From the IMG/VR virus record IMGVR_UViG_3300048686_000449, positions 1 to 64,000 of that record: a stretch of 64,000 nt of DNA. One strand, written 5' to 3'. This DNA is from a virus. The position numbers and the translations under genes were made by a program. Shown here piece after piece: positions 26,725-35,963 of the stretch. The notes under the pieces were generated by a model. The model did not search any database. It was given only the letters and a program-made list of their open reading frames with translations, and was not told the origin of the DNA. Numbering within the stretch: position 1 is the first letter of the stretch; every line of letters begins with the position of its first letter.

Positions 26725-27600
26725 TCAACTCTTAATCCAAGTATTTCCGCCGATTTGTTTCTCTCCATAGATCTCGGCATCTCCAGAGATCCAAGTATAT
26801 CCATAGACCCAAGCATCTCTAGAGACCTGAGCATCTCCAGAGACACGAGCATTTCCATAGACCCGAGCATTTCCATAGACCTGAGCCTTTCCAAAGACCT
26901 GAGCATCTCCAGAGACACGAGCATTTCCATAGACCCGAGCATTTCCATAGACCTGAGCATCTCCAGAAACCCGAGCATCTCCAAAGACCCAAGCATCTCC
27001 ATAGATCAGAGCATTCCCATAGACCCAAGCATCTCCAGAGACTTGAGCATCTCCAGAGACACGAGCATTCTCATAGATCCGAGCCTTTCCAAAGACATGG
27101 GCATTTTCGGAGACTTTAGCGTTTTTAGAGATCCAAACATCCCCATAGACCTGAGCTTTTCCATAGACCTGGGCGTTGTCGCAGATCCAAGCTGTTTCAG
27201 AGACCCGAGCATTCTCGTAGACCTCAGCATTTCCAAAGATGCAAACATCATCGTAGATGTGAGCATTTCCAGAGATCCGAGCACTTTGAAAGATATGAGC
27301 ATTTCCATCAATAGCAGCACGTTCAGAAACCTTCGCCTGTCCAAAAACCCAAGCATTAGGTCCCACAAACGCAGATTCTTCTACCGTCGCCGTTTCAGCA
27401 ACCCAACCACCACCATTCTTATGTTGATGGGCTGGAACAGGTCCATTCCCATCCAAAAAGTCAAACATCAGAAGAGATGATGAACTTTGTTTCGGTAACT
27501 CCTCAATGCTAGGTGGCTTCGGTGACGCAGCAGTGACGCTCGGCAAGGCTACAGTCGCAAGCGATCCCAATACTACTTTGAAGAAAGTTCTACGATTCAT
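26725..27600 (-). CDS. Hexapeptide-repeat protein, paralog 3 (~35 hexads), with Tat-like N-terminus
   Basis: MNRRTFFKVVLGSLATVAL, then MFDFLDGNGPVPAHQHKNGGGWVAETATVEESAFVGP and a long GNARVY array. Confidence 0.8.
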   Translation of the reverse strand: MNRRTFFKVVLGSLATVALPSVTAASPKPPSIEELPKQSSSSLLMFDFLDGNGPVPAHQHKNGGGWVAETATVEESAFVGPNAWVFGQAKVSERAAIDGNAHIFQSARISGNAHIYDDVCIFGNAEVYENARVSETAWICDNAQVYGKAQVYGDVWISKNAKVSENAHVFGKARIYENARVSGDAQVSGDAWVYGNALIYGDAWVFGDARVSGDAQVYGNARVYGNARVSGDAQVFGKAQVYGNARVYGNARVSGDAQVSRDAWVYGYTWISGDAEIYGEKQIGGNTWIKS

Positions 27601-27926
27601 TGGAATCCTCATTCAATCCAAAGACTTCACGAATCTTCTGAGCCGCACCGCCACTGGTCATCTGAGTGGCTTCACCCTCTTCACAAATTCTCGCGCATTC
27701 CTCTGCGACCGCTTGAGTATAATGAATCATATCTGTCGTGGAAGAATGATCTAGAATCAAATTAATCATGAGATCTTCGTTCATAGTGTAATCTCCGTTA
27801 GAGAGGCTAGAGCCGCCCAGTCTTGGGGACCGGACGGCTCCGTATGCTCATTTCCTACGCATGGTAGGCGAGCCGTTAATTCGTCTCCCGAATGCACTCA
27901 GTAGACGAACCCTGTCTACCTAAGAA

Positions 27927-28202
27927 TTAGGCAGACTTCCGAAGGCGGGCATAAAAGCGGTTCTTGCGAACACTCTTGGTCGGCGTACCGAGACGATAGA
28001 TCGCAAGCTTTTCACCGCTCTTCGACCGCACAATGTTGGTATAGATCGGATGACCTTCCCGACGAAGCTCAGAGATCCGAGCGGAGACGTTCTTCACGCC
28101 AAACATCCGCTGTGCCTGCTTCACCGTAAAGTTGTTGTACGGTCCTTCCTTCTGAAGGAAATTCAACATCCGCTCATTTACCGTCATCGTAGCACTAGCC
28201 AT
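27927..28202 (-). CDS. Winged helix-turn-helix protein
   Basis: FTVKQAQRMFGVKNVSARISELRREGHPI. Confidence 0.7.
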   Translation of the reverse strand: MASATMTVNERMLNFLQKEGPYNNFTVKQAQRMFGVKNVSARISELRREGHPIYTNIVRSKSGEKLAIYRLGTPTKSVRKNRFYARLRKSA

Positions 28203-28532
28203 AACAAACCTCACTATAAAATAATATTGATCGCACTTGGTGGGAGGGGCGACCATTGCCTCACATTCTTTAGATAGTATATACTATCATACCCTAGATG
28301 TCAAATTTTTTGATTTTTTTCGTCTTCTTTTTTGAAGACACTTTCTTCTTTTTTGGTTTATCCTCTACAATCACATCTTTCCCAAGACAAAGATCATCAA
28401 TATTATCATCCATTTTAGACTCATTATATTCAGTTGGTGAAAAATTGAATTCATTCTTCTTATCTTTACTGCGAAAAATATTTGAGATCTTTTCCATAAA
28501 TTCTTGTACCCAGCTCATTTTTTCTCCTCTTG

Positions 28533-28847
28533 TTAAGAATAAAGTAACCAACGGACCATACCAACACTATCAATAACCAAAAATGTACCATAGATAATTG
28601 TAAAACCTGTTGATCCGCGATTAATAGATGTTACAATCAAACATGATGATCCGATCATCCACAAAAGATAACACACTCCAATATTTGGATCAGGTACTGT
28701 GACAGCCAATACAAATGAAGCGAGAATCGACGCGATCATTCCAATCATCTCCAGAACGAATCGACGGCTGTTATGATAATAATCATCTGAGATGAAATTA
28801 ATAGCCACTCCAACACGTTCACTCACCTTTCCTAATATATCATACAT
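28533..28847 (-). CDS. Small multi-pass membrane protein
   Basis: Three hydrophobic segments. Confidence 0.6.
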   Translation of the reverse strand: MYDILGKVSERVGVAINFISDDYYHNSRRFVLEMIGMIASILASFVLAVTVPDPNIGVCYLLWMIGSSCLIVTSINRGSTGFTIIYGTFLVIDSVGMVRWLLYS

Positions 28848-29043
28848 TATAAAATCCTTTTAACATAGTTACTAATCATCATTAATTGACTTGACAGAAT
28901 CTCTTCTTCAGCCTTTCTCTTTTTATATTTCGCAAACGCATATATCGCACACCATCCTATTGCAATTATCGCGATTGAGATATAATATGTAACAGAAGAA
29001 ATATGTAACAGTTCAAATAACGTCATAATTGTATTTTACTCTA

Positions 29044-29607
29044 TCATGAGATAGAAGTCAAATTTTTTATCACATACCAATCGGGAACCGAACGATTTTT
29101 CCAATGGGCCAGATGTTGCTTCTTTTCACGATAATAAGTTCGATAGGCTTCCACAGCATCAGAATGTTTACACTCATCAGGCATTGCTTGCGCTGGTTCA
29201 GTCCATCCTTGCGATGGGAAATATGCAGGAGGAACCCACAACATAGAGATCAAACCATCTCGTTCACACTTATGCGTTTTTCCATAACGATAAGAATACT
29301 CTTTTGCGAGCGCATTCGTGAGACTCCACAACCACGTATAATTTTCAATCGAATTGCGACACCACACTGCACAGGGATGATTGATGTGGGTGGCATGGTA
29401 TAGCATTGAATCATACGTCTGTTCTGAGAGCATATATCGTGTAACACGTCGATTCGTCTTGGTGCGATCTTCAAAGGGAGTCCCATCATTGACTCGATGC
29501 GCTGTAGACAACAATTGACACGATTCGAGCACCATTTTGATTACATGAGAATTATTGTGATACCGAGCGCATGTCACAGTGTTGCGATCTAAGTGAAAGA
29601 TGTTCAT
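29044..29607 (-). CDS. Pyrimidine-dimer DNA glycosylase / endonuclease V-like family protein
   Basis: MNIFHLD...HVIKMVLESCQLLSTAH...THINHPCAVW...AMPD...AYRTYY. Confidence 0.75.
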   Translation of the reverse strand: MNIFHLDRNTVTCARYHNNSHVIKMVLESCQLLSTAHRVNDGTPFEDRTKTNRRVTRYMLSEQTYDSMLYHATHINHPCAVWCRNSIENYTWLWSLTNALAKEYSYRYGKTHKCERDGLISMLWVPPAYFPSQGWTEPAQAMPDECKHSDAVEAYRTYYREKKQHLAHWKNRSVPDWYVIKNLTSIS

Positions 29608-30206
29608 AACAATAGCTCCGTCAACATATCCTCGCTACCGAGTGTCCCCTTGACGATGGCATTAAATGCTAAACTGATACGTTCGCCGTCATTCAGTTTC
29701 GTTTCAACCTGATGAAACAGATACGAGGGGAATACAATAATCTCATTCGTGGCTGGCTTGAAGGAACATTTCTCAGCATTATGATTATTATTGATTGCGG
29801 GTGGAATAGCAAATAATTTCCGTTCAGGTTGTATAAAGGTAATAGAATCCTGTTCAGTTTCAATATAGAATACACCCGAGAGCAGACTATTCGGATGATT
29901 ATGCGAATGATGCATCTCACCTTTTCGTGTGATATTCGTCCAGGATTGTGTCAGTGAGATAATAAGTTCATGTTTCGGTTGTAGGACTGAATCCACATAG
30001 GATTGTAATGTTTCAACACAAAACGATTTAATCGCAGCCAACTCAGGGCAATCAAGAACATGCGTATTCACGCTTCGTTGATTTCCAACATTCCGTGTCA
30101 TTTTCAATTCGCGAATAAAGGTTAACTCAGAGTTAGTGATTCCTTGCGCATAATATGAAAAGAGTACAGGAGTCGGAAACAATTCAATCACATGTGTTAA
30201 CTGCAT
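29604..30206 (-). CDS. 2OG-Fe(II) oxygenase (TIGR02466-like)
   Basis: LFPTP, SWTN...HNHPNSLLSGVFY, IVFPSYLFHQV, RISLAFN. Confidence 0.85.
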   Translation of the reverse strand: MQLTHVIELFPTPVLFSYYAQGITNSELTFIRELKMTRNVGNQRSVNTHVLDCPELAAIKSFCVETLQSYVDSVLQPKHELIISLTQSWTNITRKGEMHHSHNHPNSLLSGVFYIETEQDSITFIQPERKLFAIPPAINNNHNAEKCSFKPATNEIIVFPSYLFHQVETKLNDGERISLAFNAIVKGTLGSEDMLTELLL

Positions 30207-30226
30207 CGTCAACCTCACAGAGGAAA

Positions 30227-30251
30227 CGGTGGGGGATTTGGTCCCCCACCG
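30227..30251 (-). terminator. Intrinsic terminator
   Basis: CGGTGGGGGA-N5-TCCCCCACCG hairpin followed by TTT on the minus strand, just after the lipoprotein gene. Confidence 0.7.
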
Positions 30252-30258
30252 AGATTAG

Positions 30259-30468
30259 TTACTTCGTGGCGGGTGCAGCAGGAGCGGAAGGAACAGCGGG
30301 AGCGGATGTCGGAGCAGGACTAGTAGGAGCCGCAGCAGCTGCTTCAGGAGAGACAGTCGTTGCAGCAGGAGCTTGCGTCACTGGAGCTGGTGTAGCAGCT
30401 TCCTCTTTCTTTCCACAAGCTGACAATCCAAGAATACACAACGCAACAATCATAAAACGAAACTTCAT
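30259..30468 (-). CDS. Small Ala/Pro-rich lipoprotein
   Basis: GGAGG RBS; MKFRFMIVALCILGLSAC lipobox. Confidence 0.75.
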   Translation of the reverse strand: MKFRFMIVALCILGLSACGKKEEAATPAPVTQAPAATTVSPEAAAAAPTSPAPTSAPAVPSAPAAPATK

Positions 30469-30491
30469 AAAACCTCCTAAAAAGTAAATAG

Positions 30492-30566
30492 TGGAGCTGA
30501 CGATAGGACTTGAACCTACAACCTGAGCTTTACAAAAGCCCCGCTCCGCCATTGAGCTACGTCAGC
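30492..30566 (-). tRNA. trnT: tRNA-Thr(TGT)
   Basis: GCTGACG/CGTCAGC acceptor, anticodon loop TT-TGT-AA, GGTTCAAGTCC, TCCA end; sigma70 promoter directly upstream. Confidence 0.92.
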
Positions 30567-30613
30567 GTTGTTTCATAGTAACTATAACGCAGCGGAGAAC
30601 AAAAGTCAAATTT

Positions 30614-31222
30614 TTATGTCCACAGAGAACTGCGCAAGTCCATGAGCTTTTTCAACTGATCGTTGTCTTCTTGATAATACTGTTCTTCTAAAAGATTCGC
30701 AGCGTCCGATTGCTTAGTCCAGAGAGCAAGTTGTCGTTTCTCTTCATCTGTCAAAGGTTCATTATTTCCCCACCACGCCCAATCAAATTTCACATCAATC
30801 TTACTATAGGGATCAACTCGCTTAGGTCGCATAATCGTCCACCACCAGTACAGATCATAAATCTGTTTCGCTGTTGTTGCTTGTGGTGTTGGTTTGCCAT
30901 TATCATCTCTCAGATCGCTTTCCCACTGAAGGTACTTCGTGCCGTGCCGCCGTGATCGTAGAGTTCCTCCGCATATCAAATACAGACGTTGAATCAATGG
31001 CAACTCATTCCATTCATCCGAGGAGAATACGATGTTCATCCAGGCGCATTCTTTCTCCACATAATTCACCAAAATCTGGAAATTGGCATGGAGAATCTGC
31101 TCATCTGAATCGTGCCATCCACCCCGCAGCGTCTCAATCGTCATTCGAAGCGGAAAAAGTTTCTGAAACATTCTTCGCAGACTCCGACATTTTTGACGCA
31201 TCATTCTATAAATCAATCCCAT
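30614..31222 (-). CDS. Conserved phage hypothetical protein
   Basis: LHANFQILVNYVEKE...LYWWW...LWT. Confidence 0.6.
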   Translation of the reverse strand: MGLIYRMMRQKCRSLRRMFQKLFPLRMTIETLRGGWHDSDEQILHANFQILVNYVEKECAWMNIVFSSDEWNELPLIQRLYLICGGTLRSRRHGTKYLQWESDLRDDNGKPTPQATTAKQIYDLYWWWTIMRPKRVDPYSKIDVKFDWAWWGNNEPLTDEEKRQLALWTKQSDAANLLEEQYYQEDNDQLKKLMDLRSSLWT

Positions 31223-31242
31223 TATCTATCCTTTTCCTGTTC

Positions 31243-31749
31243 TTATTCTTGTTCTTGTTCTTTGACAAATTTTTTATACGCACAAAGCAATGGGCCTTGT
31301 GTTGCGTAGGCATCTTTTTCCCATGGCAAATCCCTATAGGCATACTGTGTCACATCAATTATCTTCCTACGCCATCGAGTCAAATCACTATTGGCCGCGT
31401 AATCGAACAACTGATTAGTCACAAATTGTTTCACATGGGTCAATTCGTGGGCTAACGTCACCATTCTTTGGTTTTTTGTCTGACGAGTTGAGATTCGTAT
31501 CAAAAACTGACGTGGTCCGATATTATCATCCAACCACTCACAATCCCCAACATAATTTCCGAGATGTGGAACAAACCGAACAGTCAAATCAATATTTTTG
31601 ACTAGTCGAGTTCCCACGAGTGCAGTAAGCATCCATTCGATTGCATGACGAAACTGTTTTCGATCAGTCTTTCCGATACCTGTGATACTGAGTCGAAGCA
31701 GTGATGTCGGAGTCGCTCCACCATCGAATAATAATCGACGTTTTGGCAT
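31243..31749 (-). CDS. Putative HExxH metallopeptidase-like protein
   Basis: TLAHELTHVKQ...PWEKDAY. Confidence 0.7.
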   Translation of the reverse strand: MPKRRLLFDGGATPTSLLRLSITGIGKTDRKQFRHAIEWMLTALVGTRLVKNIDLTVRFVPHLGNYVGDCEWLDDNIGPRQFLIRISTRQTKNQRMVTLAHELTHVKQFVTNQLFDYAANSDLTRWRRKIIDVTQYAYRDLPWEKDAYATQGPLLCAYKKFVKEQEQE

Positions 31750-31775
31750 AGAAACTCCTTTCTCAGATTCCTTTC

Positions 31776-32078
31776 TTATTTATTGAGAAGTTTTTTAGCT
31801 TTTCGAACGGAAAGAATCAACGCATTATACATGATATTCCGAACAACTGTCTGAAATTGTTTCACAATACGCGGTTGATCAAGAAACAGTTTCTTTATCG
31901 CCTTTGGAATGCGCAAGAAATCATACTGAAACGACAGATTATTACCCCTAAAGGTGATCGAATGAATCTTAAAGGAAACACCTTCAAATTTTCCACTCGT
32001 GAGGCGCACAGACATTGTATTCGCTTTACCTTTTCTCGCAGAATAGGTGGGAATGACTCTCAATCGTGACGCACTCAT
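31776..32078 (-). CDS. Hypothetical protein
   Basis: ORF overlapping its neighbour, with RBS. Confidence 0.55.
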   Translation of the reverse strand: MSASRLRVIPTYSARKGKANTMSVRLTSGKFEGVSFKIHSITFRGNNLSFQYDFLRIPKAIKKLFLDQPRIVKQFQTVVRNIMYNALILSVRKAKKLLNK

Positions 32079-32374
32079 TTCAGACCTCCATCACGTTGAA
32101 CATCATACCACACTTGCCCACCCGCCGAAGTAATGAGCTTCACGGAATCCCAACAAAATGAACGCCATTCGTCTAGAGTCACATCAAAAATAGGACACGC
32201 GGCTCCCACTGCGTTTGATTCTGATTCTTCCTTAATTGAGATGGGAAGTTTATGAAACGGAATGCGAGAAGGATCTTGTGTGCCCGTAATCGTGCGCTCC
32301 GTGCCATCTTTCTTCGTAAACGTGACAGTCAACACCCCTGTCCACAGTTGCCCCTTCACTTCTGATCGCGTCAT
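32075..32374 (-). CDS. WYL_2/SH3-like beta-barrel protein
   Basis: VTFTKKDGTERTITGT...FDVTLDEWRSF. Confidence 0.75.
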   Translation of the reverse strand: MTRSEVKGQLWTGVLTVTFTKKDGTERTITGTQDPSRIPFHKLPISIKEESESNAVGAACPIFDVTLDEWRSFCWDSVKLITSAGGQVWYDVQRDGGLK

Positions 32375-32378
32375 AATC

Positions 32379-32888
32379 TTACTCCTCCTCAGGTTGTTCC
32401 TTCGGCATGATACCAAACCACATTTTAATCCGAGTCCACAACGGAATCTGCTTATGCTCTTCCTTCATGCGACTCATAATCAATTCACGCATAATATCTT
32501 CACCTTCACGTTCAACACCCTTGATGAAGGACTGCGCTTTCTTGACATCCCGCACAATGAATCCAAACATCTGCGTTTGTTTCCGAAGCATATGCGCGTA
32601 TTCTTTAGGATCAGAAAAATGCGCACGAAACGTTTCAAAAAGTTCTACATCTTCGTTGCGAATAGAGTACAGAGACACATGGCAGGGAATGCGCTCATCT
32701 TCTCTATGTACCACTCGTTTTCCCGATAAACAAAAATATTCAAAATACATTTGCGAATGTGTGGGATAGAAAATGACTCCATCATACATCTGTGGGGTCA
32801 GTTCTTCCTCATTATTCGCAGCGACTGTCACGGTCATGTCCTTCTTTCGTTTGGGCATGAATCTGTCCCTTTTCTTTGTGACGGGCAT
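32379..32888 (-). CDS. Hypothetical protein
   Basis: ORF on coding strand. Confidence 0.55.
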   Translation of the reverse strand: MPVTKKRDRFMPKRKKDMTVTVAANNEEELTPQMYDGVIFYPTHSQMYFEYFCLSGKRVVHREDERIPCHVSLYSIRNEDVELFETFRAHFSDPKEYAHMLRKQTQMFGFIVRDVKKAQSFIKGVEREGEDIMRELIMSRMKEEHKQIPLWTRIKMWFGIMPKEQPEEE

Positions 32889-33060
32889 AAAGTTTTTTAG
32901 ATGTCACAATTCGTTGATGAAATTGACGTTCTCGCAAAGAGGCTGCAACTGGATTTTTCTTTGTAAGAATTTTACTCATCGTCATCATCCAATCGACTCA
33001 GTATTAATCCCGTGGTTATCAAAATCATAATAAAGAATGTGGGAATAAGTGCCCGCAGTG

Positions 33061-33495
33061 TCATGATACAACTATCATACTATCTGTAAGGCGAGAAGTC
33101 AAATTTTTTAGATGACTACGATGGACTTTACAAGAAGTCCATTGATTATAATAGTTGGATGAGAGTAAAGCATGGGAGGCAAAAATCTCATAGTTCTCCC
33201 AATAGGTGCATTCTCCTCGCGAAGTGCAGAGATGCAGAATTTCTTTGGTGAAATGATCTTCTCCGAGTTGTTGAATATCTGATAAGAGTTGATCGTTAGA
33301 CCCCCAGTAGGTCTGCCAATCAGATTGAACGCGAAGTTTTTTATTACGTTTTTTACGACGAAGCGTTTTGGCTTTGGTGAAGAATTTACGACCTATATAG
33401 TGTTTATTCGTCAGAGTATTAGTGATGCGATATACATATCCATACGAATCTCCTATCATGTCTTCTGTGAAGGGATTTCCCTTATAAATCCACAT
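33061..33495 (-). CDS. GIY-YIG nuclease
   Basis: GYVYRITNTLTNKHYIGRK...YWGS...YYN. Confidence 0.8.
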   Translation of the reverse strand: MWIYKGNPFTEDMIGDSYGYVYRITNTLTNKHYIGRKFFTKAKTLRRKKRNKKLRVQSDWQTYWGSNDQLLSDIQQLGEDHFTKEILHLCTSRGECTYWENYEIFASHALLSSNYYNQWTSCKVHRSHLKNLTSRLTDSMIVVS

Positions 33496-33548
33496 TAGAA
33501 ATCCTCAAATAACTAATATGATAAAGGTGATGTCTCCTGTTTCTATTT

Positions 33549-33725
33549 TTATAACTCCACGTCATCGTCATCTACGAATCCTCTCAAACTTGGAGGGTCG
33601 TCACGATGTTCCGCTGTGTATTCTCCACAAAAAACGCAATAATCAGGCGTCTCCTCAATTACCTGATCATCATAGAGAATTTTAAATTGGCTTTCGCAGT
33701 GTTCACAGGTTACTAGATGTGTCAT
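33549..33725 (-). CDS. Small zinc-ribbon protein (58 aa)
   Basis: Manual translation: MTHLVTCEHCESQF...YCVFCGE...DDDDVEL. Confidence 0.6.
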   Translation of the reverse strand: MTHLVTCEHCESQFKILYDDQVIEETPDYCVFCGEYTAEHRDDPPSLRGFVDDDDVEL

Positions 33726-33727
33726 AG

Positions 33728-34156
33728 TTATTTTAGATGCGACTTGAGCATCCAGGCAAACTTGTCATGCTTGTCGATACGATCTTCCAAGAAATTAATG
33801 ATCCCCGCTTCACTGACTGCATCTGCTTCCCCACGAGCCCGATACAAACTGGCTCGAACCAGATCGTTGGCAACGATCAATCTTGTAATCATCTCACGAG
33901 TTTCATAGACACTCGTATCTTCCGAAATCTCACAATTCGTCATCAGACTAGTGAGCGATACTGGTGCATAGACACCCAACGCACGAATATGTTCAGCGAT
34001 TGGATCCACCGCAGCATGAAGATCTTCATAGAGTGTGCCAAAGAACTCATGAAGTGACGCGAATAACATGCCCTCCACATTCCAGTGAGCGGCATGTGCC
34101 TTATAATAAAACATGAATGTGTTTGATAAAACTTTCTTCATTTCATCAGCTAACAT
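33728..34156 (-). CDS. dps: Dps / ferritin-like DNA protection protein
   Basis: AHWNVEG...LHEFFGTLYE...DPIAEHIRALG...WML. Confidence 0.9.
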   Translation of the reverse strand: MLADEMKKVLSNTFMFYYKAHAAHWNVEGMLFASLHEFFGTLYEDLHAAVDPIAEHIRALGVYAPVSLTSLMTNCEISEDTSVYETREMITRLIVANDLVRASLYRARGEADAVSEAGIINFLEDRIDKHDKFAWMLKSHLK

Positions 34157-34159
34157 AAC

Positions 34160-34651
34160 TTACCTCTTCGGTTGAAAAATTTCAGCCCCGTCCCAATTGA
34201 TTATCGCACCTTTGGGTCGTTTTTCAGGACTCGTCGCGCCGTTCTTGTATAACTCGTAGTATAACACCAGATCTTTACAGCTACCTTCATTAGCTTTCCC
34301 GCTTACATCTATGTATATGAGATCTGGAGCACCATCTTGGGGCTCAAAATCAATCTCATAGAGAATGCCGACGCCATGCACGACTTCAATATCATCGGGA
34401 TCTCTCTGCTCTATAATGCCATAAGAGGGCGAATAGAGCGCAAGATCGGGACGGCCATCGCCATTAATATCATACAGTTCAGAGAACAAGCCATTTTGTG
34501 ACAATCGTGTATCGATAATCTCTGGTTCTCCATGAGGATGCAGCGGCTGAAAAATGGAACACCGCAAGATATCTTTGGAGATATGGGCTTCTGGAGATTG
34601 ACCAGGAATCATCAAACAAGACAACAGAATGAGCGTTTGAAGCAGTTTCAT
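34160..34651 (-). CDS. Secreted hypothetical protein
   Basis: Signal peptide MKLLQTLILLSCL; DINGDGRPD EF/FG-GAP-like motif; late-type promoter at 34681. Confidence 0.55.
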   Translation of the reverse strand: MKLLQTLILLSCLMIPGQSPEAHISKDILRCSIFQPLHPHGEPEIIDTRLSQNGLFSELYDINGDGRPDLALYSPSYGIIEQRDPDDIEVVHGVGILYEIDFEPQDGAPDLIYIDVSGKANEGSCKDLVLYYELYKNGATSPEKRPKGAIINWDGAEIFQPKR

Positions 34652-34692
34652 GGTACTCCTAGATGATAGGATGATACCACTATTTATGGTTT

Positions 34693-35682
34693 CTAGTTTG
34701 CCGCACCCCAAACCTCATCCCACGATCCGCTCAACGCACCTTTGGCATAGTCACTGCTGCGATTTTCGAAAAAATTAGTGTGTCCAGGTGCATTAATAAG
34801 TCCTTCCACCCAAGGCAAAGGATTCTTTTTGACCTTGAAAATCCCCTTCATACCCATAGAAATCAAGCGACGATCCGCGATATACCGAATGTATTGCTTG
34901 ACTTCATCAGCTGTCAATTCAGGCATCGGACCCATTTTATACGCCAAATCAATAAACTGATCTTCCAATTCCACCATCTTTTCTGCAATGGTATAGATAC
35001 CTGACTTCAGCTTATCATCCCAAATTTCTGGGTGTTCTTCAATAAACGTGCGGAACAGCTTGATCATACTTTCGCAATGTGCGCTCTCGTCACTTATCGA
35101 CCAAGAAATAATCTGCCCCATCCCCTTCATCAATCCGTGCCGAGGAAAATTGAGCAACATAATAAACGAAGAGAATAACTGTAGTCCTTCCGTGAACGCT
35201 GAGAACGCTGCAATCTGAAGCGCAGTAGAATCTTTAGAGACCGCGCGATCACTAATCTTCAACAAATAATCGTGCTTGTTCTTCATCTCCTGATATTCAA
35301 GAAATTCATTATAGGTGGACTCGGGCATTCCGAGCGTTTCAATTAAGTGCGAATAGGCTGCGATATGAACCGCTTCGCGTGAGCTGAATCCCAGCAACAT
35401 CATTCGCACTTCAGGCGACTTGAAATAAGGAAGATAGTGTTTCACATAGCCAGACGCAACGTCTATATCTCCCTGAGTGAAGAATCTGAAAATATTTGTC
35501 AAAAAATACTTTTGTTCTGGAGTAAGTTTCGTTTTCCAATCTTTGACATCTTCAATCATAACCACTTCAGTGTGAATCCAATGAGATTTTTCATGCGCTA
35601 ACCATGCGTCATACGCCCAATTAAAACTGAACGGTTTAAAAGCAGTTCTCTCATCCGTTAATAATAATTTCTTTTTAGACAT
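34693..35682 (-). CDS. nrdB: Ribonucleotide reductase class I beta subunit
   Basis: FFTQGD, EAVHIAAY, EGLQLFSSF, DESAH, NFFE. Confidence 0.95.
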   Translation of the reverse strand: MSKKKLLLTDERTAFKPFSFNWAYDAWLAHEKSHWIHTEVVMIEDVKDWKTKLTPEQKYFLTNIFRFFTQGDIDVASGYVKHYLPYFKSPEVRMMLLGFSSREAVHIAAYSHLIETLGMPESTYNEFLEYQEMKNKHDYLLKISDRAVSKDSTALQIAAFSAFTEGLQLFSSFIMLLNFPRHGLMKGMGQIISWSISDESAHCESMIKLFRTFIEEHPEIWDDKLKSGIYTIAEKMVELEDQFIDLAYKMGPMPELTADEVKQYIRYIADRRLISMGMKGIFKVKKNPLPWVEGLINAPGHTNFFENRSSDYAKGALSGSWDEVWGAAN

Positions 35683-35939
35683 TATCTATTCTCCGTATCC
35701 AGCCACTTCGCCGCAGCAAGTTCATAAATTTTGTTGAATGCTCGTTCAATCGCGGTAAACTGTTCGGGCGTAAAATCCATATCCTTTTTCAGAAAATGTA
35801 GATCCATCAGTTCTTCCTCATAATCTTCGTGTGAGAGCACCTCATACTGAAGTTTTGTTTCGAGTTGAATCAACCGCTTGATGAGTTTAGACGTTCTACA
35901 AGGCGGATCTTGATGTAGTATATAGATAATCGCATCCAT
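35682..35939 (-). CDS. Hypothetical protein
   Basis: GAGG RBS; stop/start overlap with nrdB. Confidence 0.55.
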   Translation of the reverse strand: MDAIIYILHQDPPCRTSKLIKRLIQLETKLQYEVLSHEDYEEELMDLHFLKKDMDFTPEQFTAIERAFNKIYELAAAKWLDTENR

Positions 35940-35963
35940 AATAAGTCCTCGAAGAGTAAATAA

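Noticed and set aside
26750-27360. CRISPR-like or guide-RNA array
   Set aside because: The periodicity is 18 bp, in-frame and protein-coding, with no unique spacers and no cas genes in the window.
26476-27480. Long plus-strand ORF and alternative-frame ORFs (26718-27002, 26819-27028, 27006-27368; also 3423-3785 and the 5' part of 7182-7505)
   Set aside because: Frame shadows of the 18-bp hexapeptide repeats; low-complexity translations without RBS.
3433-27600. Diversity-generating retroelement (TR/VR pairs among repeat paralogs)
   Set aside because: No reverse transcriptase in the window, and differences between paralogs are not adenine-specific by inspection.
27860-27919. Hammerhead ribozyme
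   Set aside because: CTGAGTG...CGAA does not match the CUGANGA/GAAA core.
30468-30552. N-terminal extension of the lipoprotein ORF
   Set aside because: It overlaps tRNA-Thr; the real start with RBS and signal peptide is at 30468.
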